Below, one piece after another: positions 13,581 through 27,200 of a stretch of 64,000 nucleotides of DNA. The notes beneath the pieces were generated by a model that saw nothing but the letters and a program-made list of their open reading frames with translations, had not been told where the DNA came from and searched no databases. Numbering within the stretch: position 1 is the first letter of the stretch; each line of letters starts with the position of its first letter. A program made the position numbers and the translations under genes. This DNA comes from Lama glama (taxonomy: Eukaryota), in the NCBI GenBank assembly GCA_028534125.1, contig CM052817.1:16556001-16620000 (forward strand), given 5' to 3'.

Positions 13581-14339
13581 TATTATTAGGATTTTCCAGA
13601 GAACCAATAGGATATATGCCTAGAGAAAGAGAAAGAGAGATTTACTATAAGGTATTGGCTCATGCAATTAGGGAGGCTGGTAAGTTCCAAGATCAACATG
13701 GAGAGTCAGTAAGCTGGAGACCCAGCAGAGCCCGTGGGTTCGTTCCAGTCTGAGTCCAAAGGCCTGAGAAGCAGCAGACAATGGTGCAGTTCTAGTCTGA
13801 AAGCCCGTAAGCCTGAGATCCAGGAAGGGCTAATGTTTCAGTTTGAGCCTAAAGGCAGAAGAAAAGCTGATGCCCCAGTTCGAAGGCAGTCAGGCAGAAG
13901 AGTTCTCTTATTTGCGGGGAGGGTCATTCTTTTTGTTCTGCTCAGGCCTTCAGCTCATTGGATGAGGCTCCCTACCCACCCAAATTTCGATATTTGCTGA
14001 CAATTTTTTTTTTCTTTTAGCTGGGAAAGTGAGCATTTTTGGGAGATGGAGAACTGGGGTAGCCTGTACCCCTTTAAACTCCATTAATACCTGGCACAGG
14101 GTTTCTCCTTAATCGTAACTCTCGCATCCCCATCCCATTTGACACTAGGGGCAGGGGGTTCTTCTTGCATGTGGGGCTTACTCCCCTCCTCTGAAGAGTA
14201 GAGTGGTAGCTGGGGGATGTTAGATGGTCTCCCCTCAAGCCACAGAGATGAGAACGTGGGTCCAGCCACATGCCAGCTTCTGTCCAGTACTGCTTTGCCT
14301 GGTGGTCAGATAGATTGACACATGAAATTAACCATCACA
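13581..14339 (-). mobile_element. MLT2-type ERVL LTR, interrupted at ~13980-14310
   Basis: ATTGGCTCATGCAATTAGGGAGGCTG, AGTCTGAGTCCAAAGGCCTGAGA, and terminal TTGACACATGAAATTAACCATCACA (reverse complement of the MLT2 start). Confidence 0.8.
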
Positions 14340-14360
14340 TCCCCTTTCTGCCTTAGTGTA

Positions 14361-14811
14361 TGTGATGGGTGGATTGTGTTCCCCTAGAAAGCCATGTTGA
14401 AGTCCTAATCCTTGGTACTTTGGAAGGTGACCTTGTCTGGGAATGGTGTCCTTGGAGATGTAAGTGGCTGAAATGAGGTCACACTGGACTAGGGTGGGCC
14501 CTAATCCAATATGACTGGTGTCCTTATAAAAAGGAGAAAATTTGAACACAGGTACAGAGAGAACACCGTGTGACGACAGAGGCAACAACGAGAATCATGC
14601 GGCTCCAAGCCCAGGAATGCCAGGGATTTTGCAACATCAGAAACTGAAGACATGGAACAGATTCTTCCTCAAAGCTCTCAGAAGGAACCAAACTTGCTGA
14701 CACCTTGTTTTCTGACTTCTGGCCCCCAGAACTATGAGACAATAAATTTCCGTTGCTTTAAGCCACCCAGTTTGAGATGCTTTGTTACATCAGCCCTGGG
14801 GAGCTAACACA
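14361..14811 (+). mobile_element. MaLR LTR (MLT1B/C-like)
   Basis: TG...CA ends; AGGGTGGGCCCTAATCCAATATGACTGGTGTCCTTATAA; GAGACAATAAATTTC; TSD GTGTA/GTGTG. Confidence 0.88.
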
Positions 14812-15857
14812 GTGTGTGAAGTTGTGATGCCTGGAGCGCCTGGGCCATCTTGCTACTTACTGTGAGGGAGGCTCACAGGCACACTGAGGATGACAGTACA
14901 GAGTTGGAAAAACCTGGATCTTTGATAAATTTGTTAAGGCTGGGAACTAACTAGCTCAGAAACTGCCCTCCCTCCACACTTTTGTAATATGAGATAGCAC
15001 GTACCCTTATTATTTCAACCATTTGGGACTGAGTTTGTTGATACTCGCCGACAAGCACACCTGACTGATGGATGGATCTCATAGCTTCCCAGCTCAGACA
15101 AACCCCTCCTTCTGTGTTCCTCATCTTAGGGAACGGCATTACCATCCATCCAGATGCCCAAAGGAGAAACTTGATTGTCATCCTTGGTGCCTTCCGTTTT
15201 CTCATCCCCCCAACTTAATTGTTCATCAGACCCTGACAACACTGCCTCCTTGTTGGCTTTCAGTCTGCCCAGCCATCACTACCGTGGTACTTAACTGGAC
15301 CCTCTGTGTCAAATCCTGGTCAACTTAAACCATCCTCCTCACCCGAGCCAGAGTGATGTTCTATCATACATAACCTTCCCAATCTCTGCTTGGCAGAAAG
15401 TTGTTCTGTGGTGATTTAAGCCTGAAATGGGTGGCAACCGACCAGACCCAACTTCTCTGCACTCCGTATTTCCAGAGTCTCTTATCTCCTGGCAGATTTT
15501 AAGGGAAAATCATACCTCTTTGTCCTTCATTCCTCTCTATACCCCAAACCATCAGTCCATACCACTTCCTAATTTCTATCAGTGTATTTCATAAGTTTCA
15601 TACTATTTTACTAATCTTAAATACCAACAGAATTGTTCAAAAGGAGACCATTCTATTTTTAAAGTACTTAGTGATATACATATGAGCTTTGCATGGTGGA
15701 GCTAAGCACCTGATCCTTTCTTGTACATTCAGAAACTGAGCATACATGAAACCAGTTTATCTGTAATTAACTACATTTAAGACAATGTTCAAGTCCAAAC
15801 TTCTTAGCATGGTGTTGTCATTCATGATCTGGCTTCTGGGTGCTATTTCAGCCTCAT

Positions 15858-16104
15858 TTTTTTTAAATTGAAGTATAGTCGATTTACAACGTTGCATTAA
15901 TTTCTGGTGTACATCATAGTGATTCAGTTATACATGCATAGTATATCCCTTTTCATATTCTTTTTCATTATAGGTTACTACAAGATATTGAATAGAGTTC
16001 CCTGTGCTGTACAGTAGAAACATGTTGTTTATCTACTTTATATATAGTAGTTAGTATCTGCAAATCCCCAGCTCCTAATTTATCCCTCTCCACCTCTTCC
16101 TCCA
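15858..16104 (-). mobile_element. 5'-truncated L1 3' end with TSD
   Basis: T-tract then ATTGAAGTATAGTCGATTTACAA...GTTCCCTGTGCTGTACAGTA; TSD TA(T/C)TTCAGCCTCAT at 15844-15857 and 16105-16118. Confidence 0.9.
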
Positions 16105-16217
16105 TACTTCAGCCTCATCCTTTATCACTTGTCCTGTGGTCAGACTCGAAGCTGCTGAAGTTATCACTCTCTCTCGCCTCAGGATCTTTGCAGACACAGC
16201 TCCCTCAAGATGAAATG

Positions 16218-16890
16218 TGTTAACCAAGAATTTCAAGAATGGAGATCTGGTTGAGGGAAAAAAAAAAGTGTTTACATGAGGTTTGTTGGGACTGCAGCCC
16301 AGGAAGCACAAAGCCAAGAAAGCATTTGAGCTGTGTTCCCCCGGACTACAAAACAGGGGAAGCTTATAAGGGCAAAATAACACCCCCACCCACCCATGCA
16401 ATATTATATAAATTATCTGTCAAGAATTAGGGTTGGAATGCACAAGGTCCTGGGTTCAATCCCCAGTACTGTCATCCAAAATAAATAAATAAACAAATCT
16501 AATTACCCCCCTCAAAAAAAAAAAGAAAGAAATTAAAGAAAAAATATTTGTAAAAAAAATAAAAGAATTAGGGTTGGAGCTGGCAAGAAGTAAGGGTGCT
16601 TGTTAAGCAAGGATTGGTTGGGGTTTGAAATGATTACCTAGCTGTGAAGGCTGGGTACTTTGACACTACAAGGTTGCAGCTAGCTGCTGCTAGCAGATAT
16701 GGTTTTTAAAAACGGCTGATGGTGTCCTTGACTTTGATACAGTTCAGAAAATTTAAGTTTTCAGTGATGCAGGAATGTATCCGAAACCAGCAGGAATGTA
16801 TCTGAAACCACATCCTCAATGGCCACCGGGCTGTCTTTTAGATGACTGAACCATAGTTACTCCATTTTGATTTTTGACTGATCTTAAATA
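16218..16890 (-). mobile_element. Probable LTR-like element hosting the second SINE
   Basis: Minus strand begins near AAAATGGAGTAACTATG, an ERV-LTR-like start; internal 21-bp tandem duplication at 16769-16810. Family not recognised. Confidence 0.4.
16438..16562 (+). mobile_element. 5'-truncated camelid-type tRNA SINE
   Basis: GGTCCTGGGTTCAATCCCCAGTAC (B box, A box missing), (AAAT)n, CTAATTACC, A-rich tail; perfect 16-bp TSD AAGAATTAGGGTTGGA at 16422-16437 and 16563-16578. Confidence 0.9.
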
Positions 16891-18964
16891 TGTCATCAAA
16901 TGCTACCCACCTCGCTTGGCCAACTCATTCTTCAGGCCTCAACTCAGCCGCTCCCTTGTCCTCCAAGAGGCCTTTTCTGACACCCTGTTATTCTTTGGTT
17001 ACATATTTTCAGATTCCAGAAACAACACTGATGCTAAAGGGCACATGTCCTGGGAGTCTCCATGTTGTGGTGGCAAAAGCACTGGAGAAACAGCGAAGAG
17101 ACCCAGGTTCCTGCCTCAGTGTCTGTCACTCGGGAAGCTGTGGGACCTCGGGGAAGTCCCGTCTTCTCTTAGGGGGTCAACTGCTCTGCCCATTGAATGA
17201 GGAAGGGGGACCACATCAGCAGTTTTCAGACTCTGTCCTTCAGAACCTGAGGGTTCCAGAGACATGGCCCAGGTAAGGAGCAGAAAGGAAGGCAGGACAG
17301 CTCCTGGACCCTGTCTTCTCATTCCATCCAGGTCTTACTGATATCTGCATGGCATGTTGTGATTTCCCCAGAACTGGGGAAAAAAGAGGAATTAAAAGCG
17401 TCAGAATGTTAGAAAATCACTGATCCTTTTAACTGAAGTCCCATTCAGCTCAAAGATCCTGTTGTGACACAGGCAGATGAAGAGAGGGAGAAGGCTGAGG
17501 AAACAAAAGGAGATTACAGCAACGTCTGTGAGAGGAAGTGAGGCGGGCCTGGCAGCCTAGCCGATCGCTTTGGCCCCATCAAACCTGGTCCAGGTTGGAC
17601 GGTTGCATTAGTCTGTGATGAGACTGGACATTGGGGACGCAAAAGGCTTGGGTCTTTGGGACTTCAAACCAGTGACTCACACCCTCTGTGTTCACTGGAA
17701 TCACCTGGGGACTTTTAACAACCACTGATGTCAGAGGCACCTCCTCAGACAACTGAACTGGTCTCTGAGTGTAAGACTGAGGCATCTAGGTGATTCTCAA
17801 GCATCTAAAGCTTTGGGGAGGACGGACTGTGACTGTCTTGCTCACCATCATATTCCTGGTGCCCAGCACAGATGATCTGCTAGCAACAGCAAATATCTAT
17901 TGCATAGGTGAGTAAATGAGTTTCATGCTCGCAACTGACAAGTTTATATCTCCTCATTCAGGTTACCGTAACTCGCCGAAGTTCAGTTTTCTCAGATGTG
18001 AAGTGAGAAAAAGAATTTCTACTTGGAAATGATGCTTGAAAATTAGGACTATGTCATGTCCCCTGCCCAGCACATGGGACATTTTAGTTGATTAAGAAAA
18101 TGGTAACACCATCATTAGTAACAACTGATATTGCTCAGATTAGGACCCCAAAATGCTGAGTTCCAGTTTGGCTGCCTTGTATCAGTCAAAGTAGGCTAAA
18201 TTATGCTGTGGTGAGAAACAACCCCTAAGTCTCAGGGGTGTAAAGCACAAAGGTTTATTCGTACCCACGTGACTTGTCCATCACAAGTTGGTGGGTGGCT
18301 GCCAGAGTCTCAGTCACAGGGAACACTGTCAGTCGCTGTAAGGGTAAAGAAGAACCCTCTGAGCAAACACCCAGCCCAGAAGTGACCCATTTCCCTTCCA
18401 CTCACAACTGAGTGGCCGCATTGTTTCTCTGTCAACCGCAGGGGCCCAGAAAATACAATCACCCCAGGTGCTCAGAAAGCAGAAAAGGGAAAGTTACATT
18501 GAAGACTGAGGATAATTATTGGTTGCTCTCAATGGTCCTGCATGACTCTAGATGCACCAAACTCCGAACAGTGACAGCAGGCATCAGTGACAGATCTAGG
18601 AACCCTTAGGAGCCCTGGCGTTTGCTGTGTTTTGATGCTCTTTCTTTTGGAATCAGCACTCAGATACCATTTTCAAACAAGCTGACATGTCACAAATTTC
18701 ACCTGCTTGAAACATACAATTCAATGATTTTTGGTAAATTTACAGAATTGTGCAACCATCACCACAACCCAGTATTTGCATCACTTCATGCCTATTTGAA
18801 GCCAATCCCCACTCACACGCCCAGCCTCAAGTAAATATTAATCTGTTTTCTGTTGTTGCATATTGATCTTTTCTGAACATTTGAAATTATGCAATACATA
18901 GTCTGGTGTGTCTGGCTTTTTTCACTTCACATAATGCTTTTGAGGTGTGGTCATGTTGTAGCAT

Positions 18965-19476
18965 TAAAGGATTTCAGAGCTGCTGAAGGAAAAAAAAAAT
19001 ATGACCAGGAGAGGCGGTAACATACAACTAGATTTATTGGGTGGTGCTTATGATTGCATGAAAGGGAAAGTCTCCTTCAGGATGAGACCATGCAGAGGCT
19101 TAAGGCCCTGGGGCCACCACCTGGAAGGAGAGGAGAGCAGAGCAAGGGAACTAACAGTGAGCTAGGTCAGAAAGGGGGCTTGCGTGTCTAGGTGATGTCA
19201 CTTAGCTGCGCATGGCAATTCTGGGTCAGAGAAAGACAGCAGCAGCTTGGGGTGTTACCTTTTCTATTGCTAGCAGACATGGGGTGAGGTTCAGTGGAGC
19301 ATGCAAAGTAGGGAAGTTTAAATGACTAAAAATCTGTTTGTTTGGATTTATTTTTAGAATAATTGGACATATAAATATTTGAGTTTCATCAGGATTTTTT
19401 GCTAGTGGGTCTTAGTCTGCAGAAATAAACAACCTAGGGGCCAATATGCAGAGGCCATATTTGGCTCATTTATACA
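18965..19476 (-). mobile_element. Solo LTR (ERVL-like) inserted in L1
   Basis: 5-bp TSD AGCAT at 18960-18964 and 19477-19481; minus strand starts TGTATAAATGAGCC; AATAAA on the minus strand near 19034-19039; L1 sequence resumes on both sides. Confidence 0.7.
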
Positions 19477-19487
19477 AGCATATATCA

Positions 19488-19600
19488 GTTTCTTTTCTTT
19501 CCTTTTCCTTTTCCTTTCCTTTCCTCTTTCTATCTTTCTTCCTTTCTTCCTTCCTTCCTCCCTCCCTCCCTCCCTCTCCCTCTCTCCCTCTCTCCCTCTC

Positions 19601-19654
<54 letters not shown>

Positions 19655-19739
19655 TTCCTTCCTTCCTTCCTTCCTTCCTTCCTTCCTTCCTTCCTTCTTT
19701 CCTTCTTTCTTTCTTTCTTTCCTTCATCTTTCTTTCTTC
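19488..19739. repeat. Compound polypyrimidine microsatellite (TTTCC/CCCT/CTTT/CCTT)n
   Basis: Directly visible ~250-bp, almost pure C/T tract. Confidence 0.97.
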
Positions 19740-22700
19740 AACTGTATTCCATTGCATAGATACACCACATTTTGCTTATCCATTCATCCGATGATGAACA
19801 TGTGATTCTTTCCAATATTTGTCTGTTATAAATAATACTGCTGTAACGTTCACAAACAAGGCTTTTTCTTGAGCTATGTTTTCATTTCCCTTGGGTAGAT
19901 TCCTGGGACTGGCAAAGCTAGGTCCTATGATAAGTTTATGTTTAACTTTTTAGGAAACTGTCAAGCTGTTTTCCAAAGCAGCTGTTTACATTTTATATTC
20001 CCGCTAGCAATGTGGGAGGGGTTTAGTTCCTCCACATCCTTGCTAACATTTGTTATTGTCTGTCTTTTTGACTATGAGCTTTCTAGTTGGTGTAAACTGC
20101 TGTCTCATTGTGGTTTTAATTTGCATTCCCCTGATGACTAATGACATTGAGTATTTTTTCATGTGCTTATCAGGGATTTATATATCTTCCTTGGTGATAT
20201 GACTATTCAAATCTTGTGCCTGTTTTAAAATTGAATTGTTGTCTTCTATATTTATTCTGTTATTTATTCTGGATACAAGTCTTTTATCAGACATGCAATT
20301 TGCCAGTATTTTCTCCCACTCTATGACTTGTTTCTTCATTTGCTTAATAGTCTCTTCTGAAGCACAAAGTTGTTAATTTTGATGAAATCCAGTTTATCAG
20401 GTTTTTTCTTTCATGGATCATGCTTTTAGTATTGTATCTAAGAACTCTTTGTCTAACCCAGGGTCACAAGGATTTATTCCTATATTTTCCTTTCTAGAAG
20501 CTTTATAGTTTTAAGTCTTAAACTAAACCTTAGTTATTATATATTTTGAATTAATTTCCTTAATGTATGGTGTCAAGTAAGGATATTCATTTGTCATGTG
20601 GACATTCAATTGTCCCAGCACTGTTTGTTGATAAGATTATTCTTTGCCCATTAAATTCTCTTGGCATCTTTGTTGAAAGTCAATTGACCATAAATATGCC
20701 TTTATTTCTAGACTCAATTCTGTTTAATTTAAGCACATATATTCTTATGCCAGTGTCAAATTGTCTTATAGCTTTATAGTAAGTTTTGAAGTGAAAGTTC
20801 TCCCACATTTTTCTTCTTTATCAAAATTGATTTTGCTATTCTGAGACTTTTGCCTTTTCATATTATTTTATGATCAGCTTGTCAATTTCTGAAAAAAACA
20901 AAACCTTCTAGAATTTTAGTAGTGATTGTGTTGAATCTACAGATTATTATGGGGATAACTGACTTCTTAACAATTTTGTCTTCTGATCCATGAACATGGA
21001 ATGTCTCTTTATATATTCAGATCTTCTGTAATTTCTCTCAGTAATGGTGTGTAATTTTCAGTGCACAAGTCTTACACCTTATTGGTTAATCTATGGTTAA
21101 ATATTTTATCTTTTTGATGCTGTTTGGAATGAAATTATTTTCTTAATTACATTTTGTGGGTTGTTAATTACTACTGTGTAGAAATACAATTGATTTTTGT
21201 GCATTGATCTTACATCCTGGACTTTGCTGTACTCATATATATTACTTGCAGTAGTTTAAAAGGAAACTTGTATGGATTCCTTAGAATTTTCTCTACACAG
21301 CATCATGTAATCTGCAAATAAAGAACATTTTACTTCTTCCCTTTAATCTGGATGGTTTTAATCAAATTTTTTGCATTAATTCACTAGCTAAAACCTCTAG
21401 CAAAATGGTAAATAGAAAGTAGCAACAAGGACATCCTTGCTTTGTTCCTGGTCTTGAGGGGGAGGCATTAAGTCTTTCACCATTAAGTGTGATATTTAGC
21501 TTCAAGTTTTTCATGAATGCCCTTTTTCAGGTGGAGAGAGCTCCCTTCTATTCCTAGTTTGTTGGAAATTTTTACTTGAATGAGTGTTGGATTTTGTTAA
21601 ATAATTTTTCTTAATCTGTTGAGATGATCATGTGGCTTTATTCTCTTAAAATGGTTCTTCACATTAATTAATGTTCTGATGTTAAACCAGTCTCGCATTA
21701 CAGAGATAAATTCCACATGGTCATGGTGTGTAATTCTTTTTATGTGTTTCTAGACTCGTTTAGCTAATATTTTGTTGAGGATTTTTGTGTCTGTATTCAT
21801 GGCAATATTAGCCGGTAGTTTTATTTTCTTGTGATAACTTTGTCTAACTTTGGCATCAGGGTAATACTGACTTTATAGAATGATTTTGGAAGTGTTTCCA
21901 CTGCCTGTGTCTTCTGTAAGGGTTTCTGAATGATTGGTATGATTTATTATTTTAATATTTGATAGAATTCACTAGTGAAGTCATCAGGGTCTGAATTTTT
22001 TTGTGTGTATTGGGGTTAAGATTTTTATTTACTAGTTCAAGTTTTTTTTGTTATTATAGGTCTATTTATACTTTCAAAATTTCTTCTTGAGTTTATTTTG
22101 ATAATTTGTGTTCTAGGAATTTGTCCATTTCATTTAACTTAATTTGTTGCCATCACATAGTTCATACTAATCTCTGTAATTCCTTTAATTTCTGTATGGT
22201 AGGTAGTAATAGCTTCTCTTTCAATTCTGATTTTTGTCATTTTTGTCTTCTTTTTCTTTTTTATGTCAGTCTAGCAAAAGATTTTTTAATTTTAAAAACT
22301 ATTTTCAGAGAGTCAGCTTTTGCTTTTATTAATTCTTCAGTGTTATTTTGTTTTTTATTTTGTCCACTATCATTTTTATTATTTCCTTTCTCTGCTTTGG
22401 ATTTAGTCGATTCCTTTTCTCTAGTTTCTTAAGATTTGAGATATTCTTTTATAACGTAAGTGTTTAAAGCTGTGCATTTCCTACAGCACTGCTTTAGCTG
22501 CATCCCATAAAGTTTTGATATATTATGTTTTCGTTTTCATTTTCATTCATTTAAAAATATCTTAAAATTTCTCTTGTGATTTTTTTCTTCGACTCATTGG
22601 TTAATTTGAAGTGTGTTGTCTAAATATTTTATGGATTTCTTGATTTTATTTCTGTTGCTGATTTTTAATTTAATTCCTTGTTATTAAATATTAAACTTTT

Positions 22701-22862
22701 TCCCTACACCTTCAATCTGTCCTCTCACTGCCTTCTGGCTTTCATTTTTTTTAATAAGGAGTCAGCTGTTAATTGTACTGTTGTCTCTCTGTGATGAGTC
22801 ATTTTTCTCCTGTTTATATCAAGCTTGTCTTTAGCTTTCAACAGTTTGTATATGATGCATTT

Positions 22863-24296
22863 TTAAAATTTAATTTAAAAAATTGAACTGTAGTTGATTT
22901 ATAAAATTGTGTTAGTTTCAGATGTACAGCAAAGTGATTATATACATATATATTCTTTTCCAGATTCTTTTCCATTATAGGTTATTACAAGATAATGAAT
23001 ATAGTTCTCTATGGTATACGGTAGGTCCTTGTTGTTTACCTACTTTATATATAGTGGTGTGTATCTGTTAATCTCTTAATTTATCCCTCCCTCCTCTCAT
23101 TTCCATAAGTTTATTTTCTATGTCTGTGAGTCTAATTCCATTTTATAAAATACGTTCATTTGTATTATTTTTTAGATTCCATATATAAGTGATATCATAT
23201 AACATTTGTCATTCTCTGTCTGACTTACTTCACTTAGTATGATAATCTCTAGGTAGGTCCATCCATGTTGCTGTAGATGGCAATATTTCATTCTTTTTTA
23301 TGGCTAATATTCCATTATATATATATATATATTCTTACATATATATTCTTTATATATATTCTTCTTTATTCGTTCCTCTGTTGATGCTTCCACTTAGACT
23401 GCTTCCACATCTTTGCTATTGTAAATAGTGCTGCTATGAACATTGAGGTGCATTTATCTTTTCAAATTAGAGTTACTGTCTTTTCCAGATACATGCCCAG
23501 GAGTGGGCTTGCTGGATCATATGGTAACTTTTAGTTTTTAAGGATCTCTATGCTGTTTCCACAGTGGCTGCACCAATTTACATTCCCACCAACAATGTAG
23601 GGGGGGTTCCCTTTTCTCCACACTCTTTTCAGCATGTATTATTTGTAGACTTTCTGATGATGGTTATTCTGACCAGGGTGAGGTGATACCCTATTGTCGA
23701 TTTGTTTGCATTTCTCTAATAATTAGTGATGTTGAGCATGTTTTCACATACCTGTTGGCCATCTGTATGTCTTCTTTGGAGAAATATCTTTTTAGGTTTT
23801 CTGCCCATTTTTTGATTGGTTATTTGTTTTGTTTTGTTTTTAATATTGAGTTGTATGAGCTGTTTGTATATTTTGGAAATTAATCACTTGTCAGTTGCAT
23901 TGTTTGCAAATATTTTATTCCATTCCATAGGTTGTCTTTTAATTTTGTTTATGGTTTCCTTTGCTATTCAAAGCTTATAAATTTGATTAGGTCTCATTTT
24001 ATTTTTGCTTTTATTTCTTTTGCCTTTGGAGACTGATCTAAGAAAATATTGGTACAATTTATGTCAAAGAATGTTTTGTTTATGTTCTCTTCTAGGAGTT
24101 TTATGGTGTCATGTTTTATATTTAACTCTTTAAGACATTTTAAGTTTATATTTGTATGTGGTAAAAGAGAGAGTTCTAACTTCATTGATTTACATGGAGC
24201 TGTCCAGTTTTCCCAACACCAATTGCTGAAGACACTGTCTTTTCTCCACTGTATATTCTTGCTTCCTTTGTTGAAGATTAATTGACTGTAGGTGTG
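22863..24296 (-). mobile_element. Younger artiodactyl-type L1 (1.4 kb) nested in the older L1
   Basis: Same 3' end family as 2125 and 15858; TSD TGTATATGAT(G/A)CATTT at 22847-22862 and 24297-24312; ORF2-like peptide LKELNIKHDTIKLLEENI. Confidence 0.9.
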
Positions 24297-27200
24297 TGTA
24301 TATGATACATTTAGATGTAGCTCTATGTGTATTTATACTACTTGGATTCATAGAACCTCTTGAGTCTGTAGATTCATGTTTCTTACCAAATTTGGGATTT
24401 TTTTAGGCCATTACTTCTAATATTTTTATTCCCTTTCTCTTACTTCTCTCCTGAAATTTCCATTACATGCATGTTGGCATGCTCAGTGGCATCTTACCAT
24501 CGTTTCAGGCTCTGTTCAATTTTTTTCTTTTTTTGTCCTTCAGATTGTATACTTTTTATTGATTTATATTCAAGTTCACTGTTTCTTTATTACACCATCT
24601 CAAATAAGATGTTGAGCTCCCCTAGTGAAAATTCCATTTCACTTACTGTACTTTTCAACTGTAAATTTTCCATTTGGCACTTTTTAAAATAGAATTTTAA
24701 ATTTCTTTTAATAGACTTTCATTTAGGTTTGAATGTGTTTTTATTTGCTGCTTTGAGTTTTTTTTTCCATTAAGTTCACCATCTTAAAGGACCTCTTGGA
24801 GACAGTTTCTTATTAGCTGCTTTTTCCCTGAGCTTTTTCTGCTTTCCTGTTTCTTTGCAGACACTTTAGATTATATATTGTAGCAACTCTGGATTCTCAC
24901 TCTCTCTCTGGGAGTTGTGGCTATCATTTTTGTGTGTTTGTTTATTGACTTGCTTGGACTTATTCTGCAGAGTCTATCTTTACTGCAATGTGTGACAGCT
25001 GGCGTCTTTGCTAAGTTTTCCTTTTTGTTGTTGTTTTTATTTCTAAGTTCGCCTTCCTATCATTCACCCTTAGTCTAGCATAGGTTACTAATTGATCAGA
25101 GGTTGCGCTCAAGCACATTAAGCCAGTAAGTCTTTACCCTTTGCTGATGAATCTCTATATGGATTTGGAAACACATTTAAAGTTCAGGCAGTTTATAAAT
25201 CTGCCCTTGCTTCTACTTTACACTGACCCTGCTTGTGTCTTCTCTGCATATACATAACACTTCAAATTTATCCAGGAATATGTAGATAGCCAGAGTCTTC
25301 TCCAGTCTCTCCTGAATACGTACTTACCCTGGACCATGATTACACGATTACTTTGAGACTTCTAGGGATAGTTTGGAGTTTATCAAGCCCATGATGCCTG
25401 TCTAGTTCCCCAGATGTCCCCATCAAATTTCTGGCTATGCTTCTAGTCTTCTACCAATGTCCCAGCCAATGTCACAATCTCAGACTAACTGTGACATTGA
25501 CTTTCCCCATTGTTTCTCATGATTTCTGAAGGCATGGGATTTTTTTTCAAGGCTCCACTCCAAATCCTATCAGCCTCCTAGGGGGGAAAAACTCTTAGTT
25601 TCAGAGCTTGCCTTATCCTGGTAGACCTATTATACTGATGGAACTGAAGGGATGTTGGAAACAGCTGCAGGCTAACACATCATAGAGTCCAACCGTCCTT
25701 AGCCAAGTTACAGTAGGTTTGCTTGAATAAACACATCTCAATTTATTTGCATGCCTTTGGTCAATTTCCAGTGTCTCAAAGTTGTTTTTGACAATTCTGT
25801 CCAGTTTTACAGTTGTTCTGGGGGGGAAAGCATTTGTTCAGTTCCTTTCTCTGCCATTCTGAAAATCCTACCTTTTCGATATAATTTTACTTCATTTTGT
25901 CTCTGTTGGGTGCTGCTTTGCCGAGACTACTAACCAGAGGCCCTGCCTTTTGCTAACTGGAAGATATATCTAAGACACAAGCTGAATTACCAGATTCTCT
26001 GGACTCAGATTTTGAATCTTGCTGGGAGTGATACAAAAGCAGAAAATTATACTTCGTTTATTTTAACCACACCCTGACAAGATTCTCAGTTATCTCCTGG
26101 TACCTGCATTTTTGAGGCTCCCCTGTTCTCATCGTGCACAAAGCCTGGCTGGCTGCACTTCCTTCAGCTGTGGAAGGGTCCCAATGTTCATCCAAAAAGT
26201 ACTTTTCTGCTCAAGTTAGCCAGACCCAGTTTCTGTTGCTTGCAAACAAAGAACCTGACTGACACCGCTTTTCAAAGGATGTGCAGAAGGGAACCTTCTG
26301 AAGACTCCAGATAAGAGGCCAATTATTCACTTGACAGTTTTCAGGATTGCTGCAACACACATGTGCCTGTGGGAAGCTCGGGAGCCAGCGGAGTGCTGTG
26401 TGTCTGATGAGATCCCACTGGAAGGGCCAAGTCTGCACCTGTCACCAGCCACAAAGAGGATCCAGTTTTTATCCATTTCATCTGGAGAACCATCTGGGCT
26501 GGGAATAGCAGTAGTAATAACAAATCATTGTCACCAGATATCCTCGTAGATAGCACTTCATTTTTGTTGCTCTTGTTAAAAATCAAGTGTTCAAGTCTGC
26601 CGGTGAATAAGCGGCCAGCAATCGTTATAAAGGCTGTCCTGAGCTGTCGTGAGACTAAATTGGGACTGGGCCTGGGAGCATGGCATGGAGAAACTTGGCT
26701 GCTGGTGGTCTTTTCTGGAGGGGTAGGAGGCTGGAGGAAAACCCCAGCGGCTATGGTAGAAAGAAGCCCTACTGAAAACCGTGCAAAGGAATGTTTGGTA
26801 GCGCTGGCTTACTTACCAATATCATGTATGATAATTTAGTGTTTTGTTGGATGAGGGCCAGCAGTAGGATGTGGATGCTTAAGTCAGCAGTCTGTGATAT
26901 GAAGTAGCATTAATAGAGGTATATTATCTTAAACAAGGGAGATGATTGTCCTTTTCCATTTCATTTTTAGAGCACTCAAAAGTTACGTCTTATTTTTGCA
27001 TCATGTATTTTGCGTGCTATAGACTAACAAGAACACGTTCAGAGGAGAACAATCAAGACGGCAACCTGACTTAAACTACCATGTGATGAACAATGGGAGA
27101 AACAGAGACATTTGGTTTATGGAGGAGAAATTAACAGGGTGGGCATAGAAAAGGGGAGGTGTAGTAGCTATTTAAAAAAAATTTCAGGTCTGACAGGTGG

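Larger units (their letters stand above)
18680..25865 (-). mobile_element. Long old L1 (L1M-type) with nested insertions
   Basis: T-rich antisense L1 3'UTR/ORF2 signatures throughout (CATTGTGGTTTTAATTTGCATT; GATCCATGAACATGGAATGTCT; ACATCCTTGCTTTGTTCCTG); no intact ORF. Confidence 0.85.

Noticed and set aside
16769..16810. 21-bp tandem duplication GCAGGAATGTATC(C/T)GAAACCA x2
   Set aside because: Real, but an ordinary slippage duplication inside a probable LTR.
19446..19805. Low-complexity ORFs (SFFL/RKEG repeats)
   Set aside because: Translation of a microsatellite.
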